Part shown: piece by piece, positions 39,537 to 52,278 of the stretch
Layout of the letters: each line of letters starts with the position of its first letter
Numbering within the stretch: position 1 is the stretch's first letter
Origin: Mobula hypostoma
Lineage: Eukaryota
Direction of reading: 5' to 3'
Length of the DNA: 64,000 nucleotides
NCBI RefSeq assembly: GCF_963921235.1
Contig: NC_086097.1
Location: 180,980,001 to 181,044,000, forward strand
The notes under the pieces: generated by a model
Databases searched by the model: none
The model's input: only the letters and a program-made list of their open reading frames with translations
What the model was told of the DNA's origin: nothing
Program-made: the position numbers and the translations under genes

Positions 39537-41879
39537 GGCTATGTCCACACTACGCCAGATAATTCTGAAAATGAAGCCTTTTCTCTTCATTTTGACCCTC
39601 CGTCCACATTGAAATGGCGGTTTCATCGCCCGAAAACGGAGTTTTTCTAAAACACTCTCCAGAGTGTGTAAATTTGAAAACAATTGTTGCGCATTGTAGT
39701 GTGGATGGGGTAAATGGAGATATTTAAAAACCACATGACAACACGACGACAACAATGCTTTTTCTGCTTCTGCTTGGTACTGCGCTAGCACTGCCGGACG
39801 GCTGTTATAACGCGCAGTCAGTGTGAACAGCGTGAGAGTTAAATTGTAAAGTGAGCTTTTTTTGACTAGACCCCCTAAGTTGATTTGATTGAGTCTATCT
39901 TCAAAAATATTAATGTCAGAAATACTGCCCAGGTCTGGCGGCAGAAGATTCCACTCTCTTGTTGATCTTGGATAGAGGATGGCTTCATGTGTGTGTTGTT
40001 TACTTTATTGTCTACGTTAATAGCTTGTTTGGAGTTAAACATCTCCACGTTCCCCACTGCTTTGCTGACTTTGTAGTTGTTTGTAACTCGCAGAAACAGC
40101 TCGACTTCATTGTCCGTCTAAACGAAGAAGTCCGGTCTGCTTCTTCCAGCGGAGGTTTTCTCTGTATTCCTCGAAGACATTGTTGAAAACTTTCTTTCAC
40201 TTTTGTTGGTACTCTAGTTTTTGACCAATGGAAATAGCACAATGCCGCCACAGAAACCTAAATATCATACCATTTCATAGAATCATAGAAAATAGGTGCA
40301 GGAGTAGGCCATTCGGCCCTTCGAGCCTGCACCGCCATTTATTATGATCATGGCTGATCATCCAACTCAGAACACCGCCCCAGCCTTCCCTCCATACCCC
40401 CTGACCCCCATAGCCACAAGGGCCATATCTAACTCCTTCTTAAATATAGCCAATGAACTGGCCTCAACAGTTTCCTGTGGCAGAGAATTCCACAGATTCA
40501 CCACTCTCTGTGTGAAGAAGTTTTTCCTAATCTCGGTCCTAAAAGGCTTCCCCTCTATCCTCAAACTGGGACCCCTCGTCCTGGACTTCCCCAACATCGG
40601 GAACAATCTTCCTGCATCTAGCCTGTCCAATCCCTTTAGGATCTTATACGTTTCAATCAGATCCCCCCTCAATCTTCTAAATTCCAACGAGTACAAGCCC
40701 AATTCATCCAGTCTTTCTTCATATGAAAGTCCTGCCATCCCAGGAATCAATCTGGTGAACCTTCTTTGTACTCCCTCTATGGCAAAGATGTCTTTCCTCA
40801 GATTAGGGGACCAAAACTGCACACAATACTCCAGGTGTGGTCTCACCAAGGCCTTGTACAACTGCAGTAGTACCTCCCTGCTCCTGTACTCGAATCCGCT
40901 CGCTATAAATGCCAGCATACCATTCGTCTTTTTCACCGCCTGCTGTACCTGCATGCCCACTTTCAATGACTGGTGTATAATGACACCCAGGTCTCGTTGC
41001 ACCTCCCCTTTTCCTAATCGGCCACCATTCAGATAATAATCTGTTTTCCTATTTTTGCCACCAAAGTGGATAACTTCACATTTATCCACATTAAATTGCA
41101 TCTGCCATGAATTTGCCCACTCACCCAACCTATCCAAGTCACCCTGCATCCTCTTAGCATCCTCCTCACTGCTAACACTGCCACCCAGCTTCGTGTCATC
41201 CGCAAACTTGGAGATGCTGCATTTAATTCCCTCATCCAAGTCATTAATATATATTGTAAACAACTGGGGTCCCAGCACTGAGCCTTGCGGTACCCCACTA
41301 GTCACCGCCTGCCATTCTGAAAAGGTCCCGTTTATTCCCACTCTTTGCTTCCTGTCTGCTAACCAATTCTCCACCGACACCAATACCTTACCCCCAATAC
41401 CGTGTGCTTTAAGTTTGCACACTAATCTCCTGTGTGGGACCTTGTCAAAATCCTTTTGAAAATCCAAATATACCACATCCACTGGTTCTCCCCTATCCAC
41501 TCTACTAGTTACATCCTCAAAAAATTCTATGAGATTCGTCAGACATGATTTTCCTTTCACAAATCCATGCTGACTTTGTCCGATCATTTCACCGCTTTCC
41601 AAATGTGCTGTTATCACATCCTTGATAACTGACTCCAGCAGTTTCCCCACCACCGACGTTAGGCTAACCGGTCTATAATTCCCCGGTTTCTCTCTCCCTC
41701 CTTTTCCTCTTCGCTTGTTTTCTGTAGATGCGTCTGCGCATGTCCAGTAGGGCATATTCACCCAAATATCCGTTTTAATATGGACAGAGATATTTTGAAA
41801 AACGCCTAGTGTGGATGCCCGTCGTTTTTTACTCGAAACTGGTGTTTTCAAAATTATCCAGTCTAGTGTGGATGTAGTC
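39537..41879 (-). mobile_element. Non-autonomous PIF/Harbinger element with a Myb/SANT-like remnant
   Basis: TIRs GGCTATGTCCACACTA and TAGTGTGGATGTAGTC; TGA TSD (39534-39536, 41880-41882); minus-strand FV*TDNEVELFLRVTNNYK at about 40065-40130. Confidence 0.85.
40275..41706 (-). mobile_element. Young 5'-truncated CR1 with an uninterrupted RT reading frame
   Basis: ORF 40367-41851 is open from PGNYRPVSLTS to the C-terminus; CR1 tail at about 40275-40290. Confidence 0.95.
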
Positions 41880-44800
41880 TGAGTGGAAAAACAAATTGTG
41901 CAGAGGGTGTGGAGAGTCGGCAGAGGGATATAGATAGGTTAAGTGAGTGGGTCAAGGTCTGGCAGATGGAATGCAACGTTGGTAAATGCGAGATCATCCA
42001 CTTTGGAAGGAATAATAGAAGAGCAGATTATTATTTAAATGGTGAAAGGGACTTGGGAGTGCTTGTGCATGAATCACAAAAAGTTGGCTTGGGGGTACAA
42101 CAGGTTATTAAGAAGGCAAATAGAATGTTGGCCTTCATTGCTAGAGGGACTGAATTCAAGAGCAAGGAGGTCATGCTGCAACTATACAGGGTACTGGGGA
42201 GGCCGCACCTGGAGTACTGTGTGCAGTTCTGGTTTCCATACTTGAGGAAGGATATACTGGCTTTGTAGGCAGTGCATAGGAAGTTCACCAGGTTGATTCC
42301 AGAGATGAAGGGATTTACCTACAAGAAGAGATTGAGTCGCCTGGGACTATACTCTGGAATTCGGAAGAATGAGAGGGGATCTTATAGAAACATACAAAAT
42401 TTTGAAAGGGATAGATAAGATAGATGTAGGAAAGTTGTTTCCATTGGTAGGCGAGACGAGAACTGGGGAACATTGCCTCAAGATTCAGGGTAGAAGATTT
42501 AGGACGGGGATGAGAAGGAACTGTTTTTCCCAGAGAGTGGTGAATCTGTGGAATTCTCTGCCTAGGGAAGCAGTTGAGGCTTCCTCACTAGATATATTTA
42601 AGATACAGTTAGATGGGTTTTTACATAGTGGGGGAATTAAGGGTTATGGGGAAAAGGCAGGTAGATGGAGCTGAGTTTACGGACAGATCAGCCATGATCT
42701 TATTGAATGGCGGGGCAGGCTCAATGGGCCAGATGGCCTACTCCTGTTCCTATTTCCTATGTTCTTATGTTCAATGCCTTCTGTTGGCTCAGAAGTTGTC
42801 CAACAACTTCATCTGGGTCCTAGTGACAAACATAGTGAGTGGGACTAGAGTAACCAGACGGTACCACAGCATGGACACTAACAGCTGGTTGATGACCAAT
42901 GCCCGACTCCAGTAAGAGATTGTGCAGAGCACACGTGACCAGTGTCCCAGTCGGGGGCAGAGATTTTCAGCTCTAAGTCCTGCAAGTTCACCGGCCAAGT
43001 CTCCATGGCAGAGCTTAGGTAGACCTCCAGGTAGAGGAGGAGCATGGTGCTCCACACAAATGGTCTTAGCTTCTCTGGGAGGGAGTCCACCTCCCACTTA
43101 CCCAGTAAAACACCAGAGTTTTTCTCCAGTTGACCCTAGCAGAGGAGGCGGCAGAGAAGACCTGCTGACAGTCTGGCATCATGTGTAGGTCAACTGGGTC
43201 AGTGATCATAAGCAGTACATTGTCCACATAAGCCAAGAGGGCTGCTTTCATCACCGGTTTGTGCAGAACAAGTCCTGTTAACTGCTTCCGGGCAGGCACA
43301 GGTAAGGCACTGTACAGACAGAGTCAGATGCCCCAACATCAGGCAGCCATGACGTGCACCCCCCACCCCATCCCCAAGCAAAAGAGCGCAGTCAAGGATC
43401 CATTGACCCTTATTAGGCATTCCGTGGCAGCATACAACAGATGGACATGGGCAACATAACATAGTCCAAGTCCGAACGCGTGCAGTCCCAAGGAGGTAGT
43501 CATGATCCACCTAGTCAAGCACCTTCTCCTGATCGAGAAAGAGAAAGGCTGCTGACAGGCCAGCCTCCTGGGACAGATGGATCAGGTCCCAAACGAGGTG
43601 GACATTGTTCTGAATGGACCAACCTGGGATCGTGTAGGACTGGTCTGGATGGATCATCTGGGACAGTGATTTGGCAGTAACCAGGCAAAGAACTTATTTG
43701 GTGCACAGGAGAGACACCAGGCACCAATTCCCCAGGCAGTGAAGATCCCCCTTCAGCAGTAGGGCCACGACCGCCCTATGCCAAGCGGGGGGCGTTTCAC
43801 CCAGGACTCTGGTGTAGTCAGCACTCAGTATGTCCCAGCAAGCCCAGAGGAATTCCAAAGTCAACCCATCCAACTCTAGGTCGAGCAAGAACAGGGTTGC
43901 ATAAAATAATCATGTCAGGTAGATTTATCTCCTGGAATGGTGTGGGTTTCCTGCAGGAATCTCACTTCATATCTCCATTCCCTGAGAACAAAGAGATGGT
44001 GGAACCTGCAGTAAGACTCCCTGATATTAATACTTGCTACTGTGACCTTCATGATAGTGCTATATCTTCTTGCCAGTGCCCTGGCTAGCAGGAGCAGGCC
44101 TCCTTACCCTGTGCCTCTGCACCACTAGCACAACTTTCAGGAACTCCCCGAAACAGCTTTGCTCCTTCCCAGTTACTTCCGAATCCCTCCCCTTTTGAGG
44201 GATGGTGTGGTCGGATCACACAACCCCAGGCAGGTCCATCTATCGGTCAGCAGCTAGTCAGGCCTTATACTGATTGCACCAAGAGTCAGCTAAGAACTCC
44301 CGAATTTCCTTCATGGTGAAAGTCTGACACTCACTGCTGGGGATAGGCTCCTCTGCCATCTTGGCTTCAAAAGTGTCCTTCTCGTCACATCACAGCATCT
44401 TCTATGAAGCTTTGCTTCTATGGAGATACAATCCTGGAGACCACCCCCCACCCCAGGCAACCCCCTACCACAAGTAACCCCTGTTCACCAGTGTCAATTC
44501 CCTCTCCAGTGTATATGCACTCCAAGTACTCCCCCGAGGATAAATCAACCTCCTTAGACAACCTCTTTGGCAGGGGTACCCATTAAACTAAATCCTACAA
44601 GCTCAGGGAAGGCAGTCCCGGCAGAGACCAAGTCTCTTTTCCACAGATGGCCCCTGACTAATGGGACCATCTTCCTGCTCCAGGGAAGAGAGCCCCAAGC
44701 ACAAAGCCTTTTGCAGGGGTAAACCTTCCCCCTTAGCTGGCTCCCTATCTTCGGATTCAGAGGATGCACACCTCCTCCTATTTGTACCTCTGATGCGGGG

Positions 44801-46319
44801 AGCTCCGGTGACCTCCATTTTGGGGGAACTCTTGGTCCTCAGGCCCACATCCTCCTTCATGGCTTCACTAGGCACTTGCTTAGCCACACAGATATCCATG
44901 CCCTCTCGGCTGGACTAAGGGAAGGTTCTGGCTACTCCTCCTGTGATGCAGGGTCTGGAGATTTTTCTTCTTCCTCTTAGCCTTCCTGCCCTTTACCTTA
45001 ACCCACCCATCCTCACCTTCTCATCCCTGCCACCCTCCTCCACAGGGTCAGGAGGAACAACAGTGGGAGAGAGAACATGGAGTGGGGCAATGGGGGCAAG
45101 GGTAATTGGGGGGAGACCCTGCAGTTCCCTCTTGCACCACCACTGTGGAGTTAGTGGTTTGGCACTTAGGGTAATTCAGCCCAGCGGATCCAGTAATGCC
45201 CTCTTCCATCCCACACATGAAAACACCTCTCAGTATTTCCTGGCTATTCCAGTTCCACAAATACCTCATGTTGGAGGGTCTACACGTGCCCAAAACGACC
45301 TCTGTCTGGCTTGAGCAGTACAGTGACCAGCGACCTCACCTCACCCAAAGAATGCATGAGTGAGAAGGTCTACTTCGCAGAGGTGAAGGTGCATATTACA
45401 GAGGGTTACCTTCTGTATGGGGCCTGTCGCCAGCTCTCGTGGCACTAAGACCCCTTCCACATTTACCCTTACCCCCTTACTCAGGGCCAGGGACTCCTCT
45501 CTCGTAGACCAGAGGTAGAAAAGGGGCTTGTGATGCACCTTAGCGATCCCAATGACACCCTCATCCCCACCCACAGACACAGCCACAACAGCCAACTTCT
45601 ACCTTGCACTCAGGCGTTCAGCCATATTACAGTGCACCACGTTTTTTTTAAGAGTTATCAGGCTTAATGGTGGAGGCCCTACAGGAGTTCTTTCACCAGA
45701 GGCTACAAATCCTGCATAGGAAATAGGTCTCGCCATTTCGGAGCTGCAGCCCGCCATGTTAAAGCCCCACCTGTCAGAAATCAAAATCCTGCTCATTTAA
45801 ACTCAGTCACTACACTTTTCAGCCTTTCAAAGAGCAGTTCCAAGAAGACAGAAAGGACAGTAGTCTCCTCCAGATAGGCAGGGAACTCTGTGCAATGAAA
45901 CTCCAGTGCTTCCCTCCCAGTGCACAGCTGGGCCGCTATGATGTTCCTCCATACAAGCGGAAGATCAAGGATTTGCCACAAAACACTTCACCTGGTCGTC
46001 CTGGACCAGGTACTCCAGCTGGGAGAGGATTTACCTATGTTGACAGCTTGAGAAATCCATCCCAGCACCCAGTAAAAGTTGCAGACACCATCCTTGGCAA
46101 GCTGCTAGCCACTGTTGCTGCCATGGCCCGAGCAGAGACTCAGCAAAACTTCGTAAAACAGCCTTTCTCCGAGAAGAAAACTGCTGCAGTCCACTGCCGA
46201 AGATTAAACAGCTCTCCTACATTTTCCTTCATCCTCATCACCATTCTTCAGTTTATTCCCAAAATAAATTGACTTCTTCTGAGAGCTCACACACCACCAC
46301 CTGTCCCAGTGTTTATCCT

Positions 46320-46835
46320 CTCTCAGTATCACCCATCCCAAAGTGTGATTCTCCCTGTATCACCCCTCCCAAAGTGTGATTCTCTCAGTACCACCCCTCC
46401 CAAAGTGTGTTTCTCTTAGTACCACCTCTCCCAAAGTGTGATTCTCTCTCAGTACCCCCCTCCCAAAGTGCCATTCTCCCTGTATCACCCCTCCCAAAGT
46501 GTGATTCTCCCTGTATCACCCCTCCCAAAGTGTGATTCTCCCTGTATCACCCCTCCCAAAGTGTGATTCTCTCTCAGTACCCCCCTCCCAAAGTGTGATT
46601 CTCCCTGTATCACCCCTCCCAAAGTGTGATTCTCCCTGTATCACCCCTCCCAAAGTGTGATTCTCCCTGTATCACCCCTCCCAAAGTGTGATTCTCTCAG
46701 TACCACCCCTCCCAAAGTGTGTTTCTCTCAGTACCACCTCTCCCAAAGTGTGATTCTCTCTCAGTACCCCCCTCCCAAAGTGCCATTCTCCCTCAGTACC
46801 ACCCCTCCCAAAGTGCAATTCTCCCTCAGTACCAC
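46320..46835. repeat. Minisatellite, 31-33 bp unit, about 16 copies
   Basis: Unit TATCACCCCTCCCAAAGTGTGATTCTCCCTG with CAGTACC variants. Confidence 0.95.
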
Positions 46836-46965
46836 TGGACAGTGTGACCCACCCTCTTTGACAGAGCAGAAACTCGTGAGTCTGTGGGTTTCTGAATCAG
46901 TGTTGAGAAAAAACAGAACGGTGATGACTTTCTCACCTACTCCCCTCGCAGTACATTTGCCTTAC

Positions 46966-47046
46966 CTGCAGTAGGTCTCGACCAGTAGTGTTGAGCTTTG
47001 GAACAACGTTTAGTAGGGATGTTGTCGCTGGATACATAGGATAGGG
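46966..47046 (-). CDS. CDK5: CDK5 exon, [27 protein letters not shown]
   Basis: ttttcag|81 bp|gtaagg on the minus strand. Confidence 0.98.
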
Positions 47047-47145
47047 CTGAAAAGAAGAAAACTTCACTTAGAACTTACAGATTAACCAGAAATATTCACA
47101 TTCTGCAGAATAAGACAGGCGCACTAGCAACATTTAAAAGCCGAC

Positions 47146-48030
47146 ATTGAATTGAATTGAATTGACTTTATTACTTACATCATTTATACACACAAGGAGT
47201 AAAAATCTTCACATCTTTGTCTAAATGTGTAATTTATAGTAATTTATAATAAATAGTATGTACAACAGGACAGTCAATATAACATAGAAATACAGTTGTG
47301 CAAGCATGAATTAAGCAGTCTGATGGTTAATGTTGGTCCTGGCTTTTATGCTGCAGTACCATTTCCTGGATGGTAGCAGCTGGAACAGTTTGTGGTTGGG
47401 GTGACTCGGGTTCCCAATGATCCTTCGGGCCCTTTTCCCACACCTGTCTTTGTAAATGTCCTCAACAGTGGGAAGTTCACATCTACAGATGCGCTGAGCT
47501 GTCTGCACGACTCTATGCAGAGTCCTGCGATTAAGGGAGGTACAGTTCCCATACCAGACAGTGATGCAGCGAGTCAGGATGCTCTCAATTGTGCCCCTGT
47601 AGGAAGTTCTTAGGATCTGGGGGCCCATACCAAACTTCTTCAACTGCCTGAGGTGAAAGAGGCACTGTTGTGCCTTTTTCACCACTCAGCCAGTATGTAC
47701 AGACCACGTGAGATCCTCGGTGATGTTTATGCCGAGGACTTAAAGCTGTTCACCCTCTCAACCCCAGATCCATTGATGTCAAACAGGGCTAGCCTGTCTC
47801 CATTCCTCCTGTAGACCACAACCAGCTCCTTTGTTTTTGTGACATTGAGGGAGAGGTTATTTTCTTGACACCACTGTGTCAGAGTGATGACTTCTCTGTA
47901 GGCTGCCTCATTATTATTTGAGATTAGTCCAATCAGTATAGTGTAATCAGCAAATTTAATTAGCAGATTGGAGCTGTGGGTGGCGACACAGTCATGGGTA
48001 TACAGAAATTAAAGGAGAGGGCTTAGTACA
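47146..48030 (-). mobile_element. Rex1/Babar LINE, 5'-truncated
   Basis: KKAQQCLFHLRQLKKFG and HPNHKLFQLLPS motifs; (TTCAA)n tail. Confidence 0.88.
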
Positions 48031-48364
48031 CAGATAGGTTAAGAGAACTATGGGCCAAAGGCAGGCAGGTGGGACTAGCTCACGGGGCAACATGGTTGGT
48101 ATGGACCAGTTGGGCCGAAAGGCTTGTTTCCACCTGTCTGACTCTGTAACTGTAATAGGATCAAGTGACAAGTTGTAGTTGTATGATGTGGCAACTGGTG
48201 ATCAAATCTTCAGCAATATTGGCTGCTCGAAGAACTCAGGCTCGAAGTTGATGACCTGGAATTTGAGCTTCAAACACTGCGATGCATCCGCGATGTTACC
48301 TGGACACTGTGTTTACCTTTTACATTGAACACTTCAAATTTGGTCTTTGGCCAGGGACAAGAGG

Positions 48365-49345
48365 ATGTCAGGGACCACAGCTATTTACAATATACATTGA
48401 TTTAGATGAAGGGATTAAAAGTAACATTAGCAAATTTGCAGATGACACAAAGCTGGGTGGCAGTGTGAAATGTGAGGAGGATGTTATGATAATGCAGGGT
48501 AACTTGGACAGGCTGGGTGAGTGGGCAGATGCAGTTTAATGTGGATAAATGTGAGGTTATCCACTTTGGTGGCAAGAACAGGAAGGCAGATTACAATCTG
48601 AATAGTGTCAAGTTAGGAAAAGGGGAAGTATAACGAGATCTAGGTGTCCTTGTTCATCAGTCACTGAAAGTAAGCATGCAGGTACAGCAGGCAGTGAAGA
48701 AAGCTAATGGCATGTTGGCCTTCATAACAAGGGGAGCTGAGTATAAGAGCAAAGAGGTCCTTTTGCAGTTGTACAGGGCCCTGGTGAGACCATACCTGGA
48801 ATATTGTGTACAGTTTTGGTCTCCAAATTTGAGGAAGGACATTCTAGCTATTGAGGGAGTGCAGCGTAGGTTCACTAAGTTAATTCCCGGGATGGAGGGA
48901 CTGTCATATGTTGAAAGATTGGAGCGACTGGGGTTGTATGCACTGGAATTTAGAAGGATGAGAGGGAATCTGATTGAAACATATAAGATTAGTAAGGGAT
49001 TGGACACGCTAGAGGCAGGAAGCATGTTCCCGACGTTGGGGGAGTTCAGAACCAGATGCCACAGTTTAAGAATAAGGGGTAGACAATTTAGAATGGAGTT
49101 GAGGGAAAACTTTTTCACACAGAGGGTTGTGGTTCTGTGGAATGCTCTGCCTCAGAAGGCAGTGGAAGCCAATTCTATGGATTCTTTCAAAAAAAAAGTT
49201 CAGGTAGAGCTCTTAAAGATAGTGGAGTGAAGGGATATGGGGAGAAGGCAAGAAAAGGGTACTGATTATGGATGATCAGCCATGATCACAGTGAATGGTG
49301 GTGCTGGCTTGAAGGGCTGAATGGCCTAGTCCTGCACCTATTGTC
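48365..49345 (+). mobile_element. CR1 LINE 3' part
   Basis: KFADDTKLGG and LVRPYLEYC motifs; CR1 3' UTR. Confidence 0.9.
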
Positions 49346-50552
49346 GATTGTGACTGTGAGTGAGTCAAATAGGGGGATCCTGGAGAGAGTGCTGGAGGAT
49401 CCTTGGCCTTTGAGTTTGCTCAACAGGTCTAAGATCGTTACTCCTCGTGATGAGAGTGGAGCTGTAGGAAGGATGAGCAACCAGACCATGTAACTGTGGA
49501 TCAGGGAGCCATTCAAGAGGGGGGGAAGATAAAAGAAATGCAGTTCTGATTGGGGATAGTATGGTTAGGGAAACAGACACATTTCTCTGACGCAAGGATT
49601 GAGAGTCCGAAAGGCTGTGTTGTCTGCCTGGTGTCTGGATTCAGGACATCTCATCTAACTTGTAGAGGAATTTGGAGTGAGAAGGGAAAGATCCAGTTGT
49701 CATGGTCCATGTGAGCACCAACGATGTAGAAGGAATAAGGAAAGAGGCTCTGCTGAAGGAAATTGAGCATCTAGGGGCTAAATTAAACTGAGGAACCAAA
49801 AAGGTAATACTCTCCAGATTGTTATCTAAGTCACTGGCAAAGCGATAACTGGATCAGAGAGCTAAATGTGTGGCTCAAAATTGGTGTGGGAAGTGGATAC
49901 GAACTTGTGGGACACTGACACCAGTACTGGGGAAGGAGGAAGCTGTTGCAGTGCGATAAGCTACACATGAACCACGCTGGCGACAAGGTGAATAGGGCTT
50001 TAAACTAAATAGTAGGGTTAGGGGGCAGTGGATTCAACAGTTTTGGAAAAGAGAAGATAAAGTAAAAGGGAAGGAGAGTGCAGAAAAGGTTACAAGAATC
50101 TCCAGAACACAGGAAAAAAACAGAAAGTTTAGAAATGGTTAAAAATTTAACTTTCAATAACAAGGGAGCAAAATTGAAAAAAGGTGATGAATACAGGGCT
50201 GAAGGTGGCTATATTTGAATGCACGCAATAGACAGATTAAGGTAGATGATCTTGTAGCGCAGGTAGAAATTGGGAGGCATGACATTGGGATATCACTGAG
50301 TCATGGCTGAGTAAAGATCACAGTAGGGAGCTTAACATCGAAGGATACATATTGTATCAGAAATACAGGCACGTGGGCAAAGGGGGTAGGGTAGCTCTGT
50401 TCGTAAAAAATGAAATCAAATCCTTAGAAAGAAGGAACATTAGATTGGAAGATGTCCAATCCTTCAGGGTAGCATTAAGAAACTGCAAGTTTTGACGTGA
50501 GTCATATACAGGCCCCCAAACAGTAGCCAGGATGTGGGGTACAAATTACCAT

Positions 50553-52278
50553 AAGACATTGGAGCAGAATTAGGCCATTTGGCCAATCAAGTCTGCTCCA
50601 CCATTTCATCATAACTGAACCACTTCCCTCTCAACACCATCCTCCTGCCTTCTCTCCATAACCTTTCACGCCCTGACTAATCAAGAACCTATCAAACGCT
50701 GCCTTAAATACACCCAATAAACTGGCCTTCACAGCCACCAAAAGAAAGGAATTCTAGATTCACGACCCCCTGGCTAGAAACAAATCCTCCTCATTTCATT
50801 CTAAATGGGCGTCACTCTATTCTGCCTGCCCTACTACAGGAAATACTCTCTCCACATCCACTCTACCTGTGCCTTTCAACATTTGATAGGTTTCAGTGAG
50901 ATTCCTCCCTCAATCTTCTAAGTGCAAGCGAGTACAGTCCAGAGCCTTCAAACACTCCTCACATTATAAGATTTTCATTCCCAGAATCATTTTCTTGAAC
51001 CTCCTTTGAACTCTCTCCAATGTCAGCACATCCCCTTTCTTAGATAAGGTGCCCAAAACTGCTCACATTACTCCAACTGAGGTCTCACCAGTGCCTTATA
51101 AAGCCTCAACATTACATTTTCTCGCTTTTATATTCCTGTCCTCTTGAAATGAATGCTAACATTGCATTTGCCTTCCTCACCACTGACTGAACCTTTAGGT
51201 AATCCTGCACAAGGACAGCTGAGTCCGCTTGCACCTCAGATTTTTGAATTTTCTCCCTGTATAGGAAGTATTGTAGTCTACGCTTTTATTCCATACACTT
51301 CCCAACAAGATATTCCATCTGCCACTTCTTTGCCCATTCTCCTTATCTAAGTCCTTCTACAGCCTCCCTGCTTCTACCTTACTACCTGTTCCTCCACCTA
51401 CCTTCATATCATCCGCAAACTTGGCCACAAAATCATCAAACAACACACATCAAAGTTGCTGGTGAACGCAGCAGGTCAGGCAGCATTTCTAGGAAGAGGT
51501 ACACTCAACGTTTCAGGCCGGGACTCTTCGTCAGGACAGGGTCCCGACCTGAAACGTCGACTGTACCTCTTCCTAGAGATGCTGCCTGACCTGCTGCATT
51601 CACCAGCAACTTTGATGTGTGTTGCTTGAATTTCCAGCATCTGCAGAATTCCTCGTGTTTGCGTTTTTAAATCCACAAAATCATCAATTCCGTTATCCAA
51701 ATCATTGACATACAACATAAAAAGAAGCGTTACAAACAGCGACCCCTGTGAAACCAATCAGTAAAGGGTCCCTTTGTTCCCACTCTTTCCCTCCTCCCAA
51801 TCAGCCACTGTCTATCCACAACAGCATCTTTGCTGTAATACAACAGGCTGTTATCTTGTGAAACAGCCTCATGTGTGGCAGCTTGTCAAAGGGCATTCTG
51901 GAAATCCAAGCACACAACATCCACTGATTCTGCTTTGTCTCTTCTGCTTGCTATTTCCCTAAAGAATTCCAACAGATTTGTCAGGCAAGATTTTCCCTTA
52001 AGGGAACCATGCTGACTTTGCCCTACTTTATCACGTGGGTCCAAGTACCCCGAAACCTCATCCTTAACAATGACTCCAATATCGTCCCAACTACTGAGGT
52101 TAAGCTAACTGGCCTACAATTTCCTTTCTTCTGCCTCCCCTCCTTCTTGAAGAATGGAGTGACATTTACAATTTCCTCAGGAAACATGCTACTGATTTAT
52201 GAAAAACCATTACTCATGCCTCCACAATTTCAACCCTGAGGTGTAGTCCATCTGGTCCAGGTGACTTAGTACCTTCCG
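50553..52278 (-). mobile_element. CR1 LINE (antisense insertion)
   Basis: CR1 tail at about 50553; RT remnants (SQGSL, VNDLD) and a KSPGPDG region at about 52260. Confidence 0.8.
51440..51672. mobile_element. Penelope-derived inverted double terminal repeat with a 15-bp TSD
   Basis: Two arms of about 90 bp in inverted orientation; CCACAAAATCATCAA at 51425-51439 and 51673-51687. Confidence 0.88.

Larger units (their letters stand above)
38219..42772 (+). mobile_element. CR1 LINE inserted in the Tx1 element and itself interrupted twice
   Basis: Runs from SVFTVED through RT to the (TTCTTATG)n tail. The Tx1 reading DNF*ANRR|HWVSVAALSLP rejoins across it. Confidence 0.92.
36991..46290 (-). mobile_element. 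Tx1-clade (L1 group) non-LTR retrotransposon, degenerate, with nested insertions
   Basis: ORF1 starts near 45760 (MAGCSSEMARPISYA). ORF2 ATG at about 44052, with FLQETH, DGLTLEF, AYVDNV, RALVINQLLVSMLWY and a CLFCGREESVYHVHIEC knuckle. A-rich 3' end at about 36991. Large deletion between endonuclease and RT at about 43885. Confidence 0.85.

Noticed and set aside
40344..41036. 230-aa ORF antisense to CR1
   Set aside because: It is an opposite-strand shadow of the CR1 RT frame, and similar shadows recur over other CR1 copies here.
46320..46835. CRISPR-like array
   Set aside because: Units are head-to-tail with no unique spacers, there are no cas genes, and the context is a eukaryotic intron.
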